NCBI GenBank assembly: GCA_041665505.1
Contig: JBAYIR010000005.1
Coordinates: 225 to 64,224 of the forward strand
Direction of reading: 5' to 3'
Source: Patescibacteria group bacterium
GTDB lineage: Bacteria; Patescibacteriota; Patescibacteriia; UBA1558; GWA2-36-10
DNA length: 64,000 nt
Under the pieces are notes generated by a model. That model saw nothing but the letters and a program-made list of their open reading frames with translations, searched no databases and was not told the DNA's origin. Made by a program: the position numbers and the translations under genes. How positions within the stretch are numbered: position 1 is the first letter of the stretch; the number at the start of each line of letters is the position of its first letter. This document shows positions 39,740 to 48,649 of the stretch, in pieces.

Positions 39740-40460
39740 ATATTTCAGCATATTTATTAGCCCACTTTTATTATTGTTTGGTTTTTGGTCTTTATTTTAT
39801 AGCCAAAAAAGCATACATTATTGGTTGCTCGGGCTAGCTATAGTGGTTATTTTACTATCGGGGCGTATTTTGGCCAGAAATAAGTTTTGGAAGTTTAAGG
39901 TTTTATGGCTTAATTTGATTTTAGTTTATATTTCTCAGTTATTATTTATATTATTATTAATTTCCGGAGGAGCTAGGTATGTCTTATCTTTTATTTTAGC
40001 TTTATCATGGTTGCTTATCTGGTGGTTGATGGCTAAATATTTTGAGAACATAGATAGTAGTATAGTCAGTAGTAATTATTTGGCAGTGAATAAATTTTTT
40101 TATTATCTAGGTTTTTGGTTTTTATCTACTAGTCTATATTCCTTAGTCATATTTTTACATTTTCCAATATTTTATGCTGGCCTGATAATGTTAGGAGCGA
40201 CATTTTTTTGGTCATTAGACATTATCAGAAGTCGAGATGATCTTAATTGGCCTTATTTGCTCTTTACTTTATTTTTACTTAGTCAAATACTAACAGTAGT
40301 TTATTTATTACCGCTTAGTTTTTATGTGGCTGGCACTATTGCAACTTTATGGTTTTTCTTTATAATAGATAGTACAGCCAATACTTTAAAATCATTCAAA
40401 TTGTATTTAAGCTTGTTTTTATTGAGCATTTTGCTATTATTAATTACTTCTATAATATAA
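39732..40460 (+). CDS. Hypothetical polytopic membrane protein
   Basis: About 8 hydrophobic segments. Confidence 0.75.
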   Translation: MFKYFSIFISPLLLLFGFWSLFYSQKSIHYWLLGLAIVVILLSGRILARNKFWKFKVLWLNLILVYISQLLFILLLISGGARYVLSFILALSWLLIWWLMAKYFENIDSSIVSSNYLAVNKFFYYLGFWFLSTSLYSLVIFLHFPIFYAGLIMLGATFFWSLDIIRSRDDLNWPYLLFTLFLLSQILTVVYLLPLSFYVAGTIATLWFFFIIDSTANTLKSFKLYLSLFLLSILLLLITSII

Positions 40461-40547
40461 TCAAATACCTGCTTATAAGGTAGGTAGGTGTGCATTCTTT
40501 ATAAATCGTAGTCAATAACGGGGGCTAATAATTAAATTTCTAATGAG

Positions 40548-41633
40548 ATGGAAGAAAAATATAAACATTTTGTCAGACCAACTACTCAAAGACCACCATC
40601 TATGTTTAATTTGACTATTTGGACTATTTTAGTAGGATTAGTGGCTGGATTCGGAGGCTATTTATTGGCCAATTATATATTACCATCTAGTAGCGCTAAC
40701 TATTTTAATATCAATAACCCCGATCGTGAAATTAAAGTAGCTATAGAACAGCCTTTGGTCAATATTGGTGAGAAAAATCAAAAAAGCGTGGCTGGTATTT
40801 ATAAACAACAAAAAGCCTTATCAGCTGTGGGGCAGGCTTTATTTTCTAAGGAAGATTTTTTAGGCTCGGCCGTGGTGGTGACTTCTGATGGCTGGTTGAT
40901 GACCACTGACCAAGTAGCTGCTGATATTGGTCTAAGTGTCGTATTGGCAGATAAAATATATCAAGTAGAAAAGCTGACTAAAGATGAATTTAGTGGTTTA
41001 GTATTTTTGAAAATAAATGATAATTCTCTGCAGCCAGTTAATTTTCAATTGACAGATGATATAAAGATAGGGGAGAAGCTATTTACTAGCATAGATATCC
41101 CCAATGCTTATAATCATTATTTTGCTACTACTTATTTAAGTAACAACCATTATTCTCCTAGTAAATATTTATTTACAGATACTATAGATTATTATATCAA
41201 AATTTCAGACATCAATTTGGAACCAGCTTCCCCATATTTCAATCTAACTGGAGATTTACTTGGTTTATCATACAATGTGGAGGATGAAATATTACTTATT
41301 CCTTCAGAATATATAAAACAAGCAGTCAAGAATTTACTCAATAATACTGAGCGTTTTAAATTGGGTATTAGATATGTAGATATGGAAAATAATAGTGGTT
41401 TTGATCGTAAAGGTAGTTTGGTTTATAATCCGCAAACAGTGCCAGTAGTTTATAATTCTCCAGCTTATAAAGCGGGTATAAAACTTGGTGATCAGATAGT
41501 AGCTATAAATAATGATATTATATCCAATTATAGAAGCCTGACTTCAATTTTACAAAATTATAGGCCAGGTGATGTGGTAATTATAAAAATTTTACGAGAA
41601 GGAATAGAACAAGATATAGAGATATCTCTTTAA
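40548..41633 (+). CDS. HtrA-like trypsin/PDZ protein, catalytic residues apparently degenerate
   Basis: TM anchor, GSAVVVTSDGW and PDZ (SPAYKAGIKLGD); no TNxH or GNSGG. Confidence 0.8.
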   Translation: MEEKYKHFVRPTTQRPPSMFNLTIWTILVGLVAGFGGYLLANYILPSSSANYFNINNPDREIKVAIEQPLVNIGEKNQKSVAGIYKQQKALSAVGQALFSKEDFLGSAVVVTSDGWLMTTDQVAADIGLSVVLADKIYQVEKLTKDEFSGLVFLKINDNSLQPVNFQLTDDIKIGEKLFTSIDIPNAYNHYFATTYLSNNHYSPSKYLFTDTIDYYIKISDINLEPASPYFNLTGDLLGLSYNVEDEILLIPSEYIKQAVKNLLNNTERFKLGIRYVDMENNSGFDRKGSLVYNPQTVPVVYNSPAYKAGIKLGDQIVAINNDIISNYRSLTSILQNYRPGDVVIIKILREGIEQDIEISL

Positions 41634-41708
41634 TGTAAAAAACATAAATTCCCCTAACCCCGCTTCATCCCTCTGCTTCGCTCGGGATTTCGCGGGGCAG
41701 GCAGGGGC

Positions 41709-41999
41709 TTATGTTTTTTTATTTAGTGCCAGTTTGATATGAGGGCTAAATTTTTTGTTGTTTATTTTCCACTTGTCTACATATTGCCCAATACCTTGAT
41801 TGTCCAATTGATTGGAGCGGCGAGTGGACTGCCGTGACCAGTCTACTAAAGAGACAAAGTTAATTTTATATCTTCCTTTGACGACAATATATTTTATTTG
41901 TTCTTCTTTAATGGCTTGGCGAATAGTTTTACTAGATACACCAAAGAGGCGGGCAGCCTCTGACACAGATACTCGGATGACATTATCATTTTTAAGCAT
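41709..41999 (-). CDS. Excisionase/MerR-like HTH DNA-binding protein
   Basis: SVSEAARLFGVSSKTIRQAIK...GRYKI. Confidence 0.8.
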   Translation of the reverse strand: MLKNDNVIRVSVSEAARLFGVSSKTIRQAIKEEQIKYIVVKGRYKINFVSLVDWSRQSTRRSNQLDNQGIGQYVDKWKINNKKFSPHIKLALNKKT

Positions 42000-42004
42000 A
42001 TACT

Positions 42005-42073
42005 TGTGGATAATATAAAATATTATAAATAAAGTATACATTATTCTAGACTTTATTACAATATTGTGGATAA
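42005..42073. promoter_or_regulatory. Two consensus DnaA boxes
   Basis: TGTGGATAA (reverse complement TTATCCACA) at 42005-42013 and 42065-42073. Confidence 0.55.
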
Positions 42074-42298
42074 ATATATTTATTTTATAGATAAAAAAAG
42101 ACTTAAAAAATAGCTAATTTTAGCCTATTTTTCTCTTTACATAAATTTTAAAAAGTGTTATAATCTCTAAGATTACAATCAATAAAAATCTTTATCAATA
42201 ATAAAGAAATAACTAATACAGTAATGAATATCGATATATTAGCTAATATTAGCTAATATATTAACTAGACTTTAAACCCAATCGCGCGCTTATTTTAG

Positions 42299-42327
42299 TG
42301 TAATATTTTGGGTCTTTTTTCCGTCTA
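42299..42327 (+). promoter_or_regulatory. Putative ECF autoregulatory promoter
   Basis: TGTAAT-N17-CGTCTA ending 5 nt before the sigma ATG. Confidence 0.55.
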
Positions 42328-42332
42328 TATAT

Positions 42333-42881
42333 ATGCAAAGTATAAAAAGTAATTTACAAGAAAGAATAGCTTTTTTAAAGCTTAGATCAGGAGATTCTGA
42401 CGCTTTTGCCTTTTTTTATGATAAGTATGTAAAAAGTATTTATCGTTTCGTCTATATAAAGGTTGGTAACAAACAAGTAGCTGAAGATTTGACCCAAGAT
42501 ATATTTTTGAAAATTTGGCAACATTTGGTAGACAAAAAGAATGTTAGAAGTTTTCAAGCTTTCATATTCCGTATAGCTAGAAACACAGTCGTAGATCACT
42601 ATCGTAGTACTAAACAAGAGTTGCCACTGGATTATGTATCAGAGTCAGTAGAGATTATAGAGGAGACAGTGATAATGGCTGATAAAAATATAGATGCCAC
42701 TATACTACTTAAAGAAATAACTAAGCTAAGATCAGAATATCAAGAAGTATTGTTACTAAGGTATGTTGAGGATATGTCTATTGATGATATAGCTCAAGTA
42801 ATGGATAAAGACAAAAATAATATTAGGGTCACTATTCATAGAGCCTTGGCTAAATTAAAAGCCATCACCAAAGGTAAATAA
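42333..42881 (+). CDS. ECF RNA polymerase sigma factor
   Basis: AEDLTQDIFLK, IFRIARNTVVDHYR and region 4 HTH. Confidence 0.95.
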   Translation: MQSIKSNLQERIAFLKLRSGDSDAFAFFYDKYVKSIYRFVYIKVGNKQVAEDLTQDIFLKIWQHLVDKKNVRSFQAFIFRIARNTVVDHYRSTKQELPLDYVSESVEIIEETVIMADKNIDATILLKEITKLRSEYQEVLLLRYVEDMSIDDIAQVMDKDKNNIRVTIHRALAKLKAITKGK

Positions 42882-42899
42882 TAATCGCGAAATAAACTC

Positions 42900-44303
42900 A
42901 TGAGTTTAATAAAAAACATTTCTCACATCAAGCATCTGGATAGTGTCCAGCCAGATAGAAGATGGAGAAATACAGCTAAATACGATTTGCTAGAGGAGAT
43001 CTCATCTCAAAATAGATTGATGCAAGCCTATAAACTATCTAATAATCAAAAGATAGATCTTTTTGTTATGCGTTTTATCAATCGTCTAGCTCCATCAATG
43101 GCTAAACTTATGACAGTGTTTTTGGTCTTTACGATGTTTTTTGGTGTTAATATTGCTGCTCAAGCCTCTGCTCCAGGAGATGATTTGTGGCCAGTCAAAA
43201 GAGCTATTGAAGAAGGTGAAGTATTAGTGGCTTTCAGTCCAGTTGCGAAAGCAGAAATTCATATTGAACATGTTGGTAAAAGATTAAAAGAAATTGATAA
43301 GATTTTACAAAAGCCAACTAACACCGAGACTAAAGTCAAAAAAGATAAGGCCATAAAACAAGCTATTAGTCATTTGGAAAAAGATGTGACTTCAGTTGAT
43401 TCGGCTCTGAAGATTGTCAAAGAAGAAAAGAGTCCAATGGAAGTAGTAGAGCTAGTCAAGAAAGTAACAGATGCTACTAAAGGAGTAGATAATAAATTAG
43501 CAGAAAAAAAAGTAGAAGCTCAAAATACTAATGATAAAGAACTTGGTAAAGCAATAGATAGTGCTAAAGTTTTAAATAAACAGGTCAAAAAAGCCGCCGT
43601 AGAAGTAGCTATAGAAGTGCACGAGGAGTTGCAAAAGATAGCAGAAGATAAAGCAGTCTTAGATGCTAGCATCACTGACGGGGCAAGGACGAATATTGAT
43701 AATACTGGGTCTTTAGAAACTGGTACAGTTGATATAGTAGACTCAGGAGCAGTGGAAGAAGTAAGCCCAGAGGAAGTAGAAGCTATTGGTAATTTAGTCA
43801 AAGAAATATTAGCTTCAGAAATTAGTGATTTGTCAGAAGAAGTCAAAGACGTCAAGCAAAAAGTAGAAATAGTAAATGAAGAAGCTTTAAAGACTATTAA
43901 GCATGAGGCTTTGGGTGAAGAAAATACAGAAAAAATTATTACTGCTGAGCTAGATGAATTTGATGTCATTAAAAAAGAAAGTTCTCAGGAAAGTGAAGTA
44001 GTATTGGAAGAAGCTAAAGTGTTGCTAGATAATGGAATGTTTAAAGATGTTTTTAATAAAGTATCTGAGGCTAACGAAAAATATGAAAAAGCAGAAGTTA
44101 CTTTGAAGAAAATAGAAGAGGTCATTGAAGTGAAACAAGAAATTGAAAATCAAAATCCAACTATTATAGAAACACCAAATAATTTCAAGACGCCATCTTC
44201 TCCTAGTGCTTATCTTAATGCTAGCGACCAAAATATTATTAGAGCTTCAGCCATTGATATAAGTGGTCAAGAAGCCAAAGAGCTAGAAACTTTAGTAGAA
44301 TAA
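42900..44303 (+). CDS. Putative anti-sigma factor (DUF5667-like, TM plus extracytoplasmic helical domain)
   Basis: Follows the ECF gene; TM then ASAPGDDLWPVKRAIE motif. Confidence 0.75.
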   Translation: MSLIKNISHIKHLDSVQPDRRWRNTAKYDLLEEISSQNRLMQAYKLSNNQKIDLFVMRFINRLAPSMAKLMTVFLVFTMFFGVNIAAQASAPGDDLWPVKRAIEEGEVLVAFSPVAKAEIHIEHVGKRLKEIDKILQKPTNTETKVKKDKAIKQAISHLEKDVTSVDSALKIVKEEKSPMEVVELVKKVTDATKGVDNKLAEKKVEAQNTNDKELGKAIDSAKVLNKQVKKAAVEVAIEVHEELQKIAEDKAVLDASITDGARTNIDNTGSLETGTVDIVDSGAVEEVSPEEVEAIGNLVKEILASEISDLSEEVKDVKQKVEIVNEEALKTIKHEALGEENTEKIITAELDEFDVIKKESSQESEVVLEEAKVLLDNGMFKDVFNKVSEANEKYEKAEVTLKKIEEVIEVKQEIENQNPTIIETPNNFKTPSSPSAYLNASDQNIIRASAIDISGQEAKELETLVE

Positions 44304-44339
44304 GCCAATTTAATTTGTAGTTTAATAATTAACGCGTCT

Positions 44340-44774
44340 TGGTTGTTTAATCAAATAGCTAAGGCCAATATACAAACTTCTATCGCGACGTGCTGATCTA
44401 GTCAATCAGGAGGCATTAGACAAGATAGGTTGAGGGTATTTAGCTTTTATTCCCATGCGTAAAAAGAATAAGAGCTATTATCCCTAACTTATCGCCTTAA
44501 TCGCGCGCGAATTAGGGTTTAGTTTATAGCTTGCTATAGAGGGCTATAAACAAATTCTTATTATCAGGCCCTGCCTGATAATAAGATCTTAATCAACGTT
44601 CCTAGATAATTCATTTTTTCAGACGGATTGGTAAACCTATTAATTTAGTTGACCAGAAAGGTCGGCATGGCAATGCCGTGGGCGCTAAATCTAGTAGTTT
44701 TAGCCTCTGTAAGACAGAGACGTTTGCTAATTAGCTGATGAGATAGTATTTAGAGAACTTTTAAAATCGAACAA
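44340..44774 (+). promoter_or_regulatory. Long multi-hairpin leader or ncRNA upstream of the S-layer-like gene
   Basis: Successive inverted repeats, e.g. TCTTATTATCAGG/CCTGATAATAAGA, TTTATAGC/GCTATAAA, GGCAT/ATGCC and CTCTGT/ACAGAG. Confidence 0.6.
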
Positions 44775-47700
44775 ATGAGTTTAATAAAAAGACTTTTTGT
44801 GTTTTCCTTGGTACTTACCACTGTCCTATGGTCATTTGGTGGCCTAAAGGTTAATGCAGCTGGTAACTACGGAGCAGGATCACTTCTTGCTTTACAGGGA
44901 CAAAGCGGAGCTGCTGTCTATTACATTGGTTCAGATGGTAAAAAATATGTTTTCCCTGATGGAAAAACTTATGCTACCTGGTATGCCAATTTTAACGATG
45001 TTGTTAGAGTTAGCGTAACTGAACTAGATATGTATCCTGATGGTGGTGCCGTTACTTATCGTGCTGGTACAAAATTAATCAAACACGAAAATACAGCCAA
45101 AATTTATGCTGTGGGCAATGGTGGAACTATCCACTGGGTTCCTAGCGAAGCAATCGCTGTAGCTTTATATGGTGCAACTTGGTATACAAAAGTCATGGAT
45201 GTAATTCCTGGCTATTTTTCATCAAGCTACACTTTAGGAGCTGATTTATCTGACAAATACCCAAGTGGAACTTTGTTACAAATGGGTGAAAATATGTACG
45301 TTGTAGATGGTACATCTGTCAGACCATTTGCTGATGCTGATGCTTTTGAAGCCAACAATTTTGTCTATGCCAACTTAATCGAAGTTACTAGCATTGCTGG
45401 TTATTCCACAGGTGAATCTGTCACTGGTGAGGAAGTTGCTTTATCCGGCTTTATGGCCGCTGAAGAAGACGATACAGTAGTGGTAGATGGAAACTTAACA
45501 GTTTCTCTATACCAAACTCCAGAGGCTATGAATATGCCAGAGTTGTCATCAAATGATTTCTTAGGATTAAAACTAGCTGCTGGTTCTTCAGCTGTTAGTG
45601 TAGAATCATTGACTTTGACCTCTTATGGTCTAGGTGATTCTGAAAATGTTGATGATGTTACTATTTACCAAAATGGTGTCAAAGTTGGTACTTCCAAGAA
45701 TGTCAACTCAGACAGAAAAGCTGTATTTAACTTTTCTACCCCAATCGAAATTGCTGCCAACAGCTCAGTTATGTTGACAGTAAAAGCTACTATTGCTGCC
45801 GCTGCAGTTGCTAGCGAAACCTATGGTTTAGGTATTGCTTCAGCTAGTGACATAGTCACTGGTGGAACTGTTGGTGGTTCTTTCCCAGTCATGGGTAACT
45901 TAATGACAGATGTAGCAGCTAATATTGGAACTGTTGTTTTGTCAGGCGTTCAAAATTCTGATAACGTAGCAGTAAATTTTGGTGAAGACAATGTCTTGTT
46001 AGCAGAATTTACTTTGACTACTGGTTCAAATGAACCATTGCTATGGGAAACTGCCAGATTTAGAAATGGTGGTACCAACAACGCTGATGTTTTAGACAAC
46101 TTAAGAATTGAAGTTGACGGTGACATTGTCGCTGAAGGTGCTTCATTGGTTGATAAATACATCAACTTTGATATGGGCAGTTTATTACTTGATAAGAGTA
46201 AAGCTGTTAATGTAGAAGTATATGGTGATATTGGTGTTGCTAGTGTAAATAACACTATTGACCTATATATTGACAATGCTTCTGACTTTGTATTTATGGG
46301 TCAAACCTATGGATACGGAGTACAAATTACTAGCATTGCTACATTAGATGCAGCTGGTGATGGTATCCAAGCTCTTTTAGCTGCTGCTGATTTCACATTA
46401 GATATGGACAAAGCTGCTACTCCTTCCAAGGATGTAAAAGCTGGTGATGATAATGTAGTATTAGCTACAATGTCTTTCACATCAAATGGTGAAAATGCTA
46501 CTATCAATGATATTAGTAACACTGGAACAGCTACTGCTGCTCAAATGGATTTCTATGTTGAAACTAATAGCTCTCAAGCCGCTGGTTTTGATGACGAGTT
46601 GTCCAATTTTGAGTTAAGAGATGTCTCTAATGGTATTTTATATGATATCACAGCTACAGCTTCTACAACTTTCAAAGGTTGGGCCTTAGCTATGACTGAT
46701 GAAATAGCATTGACAGCTGGTGTAACCAAGACTTTTGAGTTGAGAGTAGATGTAGCTGGTACTGGGGATACTGATGCAGCTGATGATGCTGATACTTATA
46801 AAGTTTATCTAGAAAGTAGCGCTATGAATGTCACTGGTGATGATTCAGATGCTACTATCAGTGATATTACTCCAAGCTCTGTTTCAGGCACTACAGCCAC
46901 TGTTAGAGATGGTTCACTTAAAGTAACAACAGTTGCTTTGACCAACAAGTCAGTAGTAGGTGGTGCTGGTTCTGTAACTCCAGTAGTGGTTTACAAAGCT
47001 GGTTTGGAAGTTGGCGATTCATCAGATTTGACTTTAACTTCTTATCAAGTTGATGTTACTAATGAATATCCTAACTTCACTGGTTTTGAAGATAGTAATG
47101 TAGCTCAATTAGATTTATATATCGTTGAAAATGGAGTATCTAGATTGTTGAAATCTACTTCAAATGATATTACTAATGATGGTTTAGCTACAGCTTATAT
47201 CAACTTTACTAGCTTAAATACTACAAATAGAGTATTGAAGGCTGGTGTTGATGTTGAGTTGGAAGTAAGAGCATTATTTGCTTCAAGCTTCTCATCTACT
47301 ACTACTGAGTACTTTGCTCTAGAGCAAGTAGACAACTCAGGACTTAACGTTGTAGTAAAAGATTCAGACAACACAGATGTTGATGAAACTATTGCTAATG
47401 GAGGCACAGATTCACGTGTAATGACATTGTCCTCTGCTGGTACTTTGAAAGCTGAAATTTTAACTACAGATACCAAAGCTAATGATGATATGTACATCTT
47501 AGCTGGTTCTGAATCAACTCATGGTAGATATTTAGCTGAATTGAAATTCACTACAGCTAATGAAGCTATTAAGTTGACGGATTTAGCTTTGCAAGAATAT
47601 GGCGATAGTACTGGTGCTGATGTCAAAGTTGTAAAACTTTATGATTCAGCTGGTACAGTTGTAGCTTACAAGAGTCCAACAGCTGATGGTCATGTCCATT

Positions 47701-48521
47701 TTGAAGAAGGAGACTTCTTGAACAGCAAAAATGTATTAGCTGCTGATCAATCAACTTCATTCTTTGTTGGTGTATTGACCAAAACTATCAATGCTGATGG
47801 TGATGTTGAAGGTACTGCTACCTTTGATAATGGCATCCGATATGGTTTTGCTTCATCTGCTGCTTTGGCTGTATTTACAGACTTAGCTGTTGGTGATGCT
47901 GTTAAAGCTACTGGTGTTGATAGTGGTAGCGACATCTCATTGGTTGAAGATACCAATGGCGGTGCTGCTGAAGTTGGTGATTATACAATTTCTTCTACCA
48001 AATCAAAGACAGCTTCTACTACTGGTTCTATCTTGACTGTAATCACCAATGACATGGCTAATAGCACATTGTCTGGTGGTAACAACAAGATCATTGGTGA
48101 ATACAAGTTTGTATTCAACAATGGTAATAACAGAACAGCTGCTAATACAGAATTAAAAGCTCAATTGAGACAGTTGATTTTGACTATTGCTACATCTTCC
48201 ACCACAAACGTTACAGATGTACAAGTCTACATTGAAGGCGATGAGTCTAATAAGACAACCGCTGTCGATCCTCTTGTAGGTGTTGCAACTGTGGACCTTA
48301 CAACTTTACTTACTGATACCAATTTGGTTGATGGAACAGTTACCTTAGTTGTAATTGGTGACTTAGCTGTAGTTGGTGCTGATCAATATGTCCAGACCGA
48401 AATTGCTAGTTTAACCACTGACTTTACCTACAATGGTAACAATGGTACTTCAGGCGCTAACTGGGTAAATGCTAGATTAGATGGCATTTCTCAAGTAACT
48501 GGAGCTACTCTATCTAACTAA
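44775..48521 (+). CDS. Large secreted S-layer-like surface protein
   Basis: Signal peptide; N-terminal VYYIGSDGKKYVFP-type repeats; T/S/A/D/V-rich beta repeats; no Cys; codon bias typical of high expression; strong terminator. Confidence 0.8.
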   Translation: MSLIKRLFVFSLVLTTVLWSFGGLKVNAAGNYGAGSLLALQGQSGAAVYYIGSDGKKYVFPDGKTYATWYANFNDVVRVSVTELDMYPDGGAVTYRAGTKLIKHENTAKIYAVGNGGTIHWVPSEAIAVALYGATWYTKVMDVIPGYFSSSYTLGADLSDKYPSGTLLQMGENMYVVDGTSVRPFADADAFEANNFVYANLIEVTSIAGYSTGESVTGEEVALSGFMAAEEDDTVVVDGNLTVSLYQTPEAMNMPELSSNDFLGLKLAAGSSAVSVESLTLTSYGLGDSENVDDVTIYQNGVKVGTSKNVNSDRKAVFNFSTPIEIAANSSVMLTVKATIAAAAVASETYGLGIASASDIVTGGTVGGSFPVMGNLMTDVAANIGTVVLSGVQNSDNVAVNFGEDNVLLAEFTLTTGSNEPLLWETARFRNGGTNNADVLDNLRIEVDGDIVAEGASLVDKYINFDMGSLLLDKSKAVNVEVYGDIGVASVNNTIDLYIDNASDFVFMGQTYGYGVQITSIATLDAAGDGIQALLAAADFTLDMDKAATPSKDVKAGDDNVVLATMSFTSNGENATINDISNTGTATAAQMDFYVETNSSQAAGFDDELSNFELRDVSNGILYDITATASTTFKGWALAMTDEIALTAGVTKTFELRVDVAGTGDTDAADDADTYKVYLESSAMNVTGDDSDATISDITPSSVSGTTATVRDGSLKVTTVALTNKSVVGGAGSVTPVVVYKAGLEVGDSSDLTLTSYQVDVTNEYPNFTGFEDSNVAQLDLYIVENGVSRLLKSTSNDITNDGLATAYINFTSLNTTNRVLKAGVDVELEVRALFASSFSSTTTEYFALEQVDNSGLNVVVKDSDNTDVDETIANGGTDSRVMTLSSAGTLKAEILTTDTKANDDMYILAGSESTHGRYLAELKFTTANEAIKLTDLALQEYGDSTGADVKVVKLYDSAGTVVAYKSPTADGHVHFEEGDFLNSKNVLAADQSTSFFVGVLTKTINADGDVEGTATFDNGIRYGFASSAALAVFTDLAVGDAVKATGVDSGSDISLVEDTNGGAAEVGDYTISSTKSKTASTTGSILTVITNDMANSTLSGGNNKIIGEYKFVFNNGNNRTAANTELKAQLRQLILTIATSSTTNVTDVQVYIEGDESNKTTAVDPLVGVATVDLTTLLTDTNLVDGTVTLVVIGDLAVVGADQYVQTEIASLTTDFTYNGNNGTSGANWVNARLDGISQVTGATLSN

Positions 48522-48555
48522 GATTGAGTAAGAACTAGAGACGATTAATTTCGTC

Positions 48556-48590
48556 AAAAAAACACCCTCCCCTTTGGGGGAGGGTGTTTT
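48556..48590 (+). terminator. Intrinsic terminator
   Basis: AAAACACCCTCCCC-ttt-GGGGGAGGGTGTTTT. Confidence 0.85.
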
Positions 48591-48649
48591 GATTTATTTA
48601 TAGCTATTTGCTATAGTATAGGCACTAAATAGCTAACTTATTAATCAAT

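Noticed and set aside
41709-41999. HTH gene as a prophage excisionase
   Set aside because: No integrase or phage genes are nearby and composition is native.
44718-44777. Hammerhead-like CTGATGAG...CGAA in the S-layer leader
   Set aside because: The core reads GAAC rather than GAAA, and the segment that should form stem I (TAATTAG) is too short to pair.
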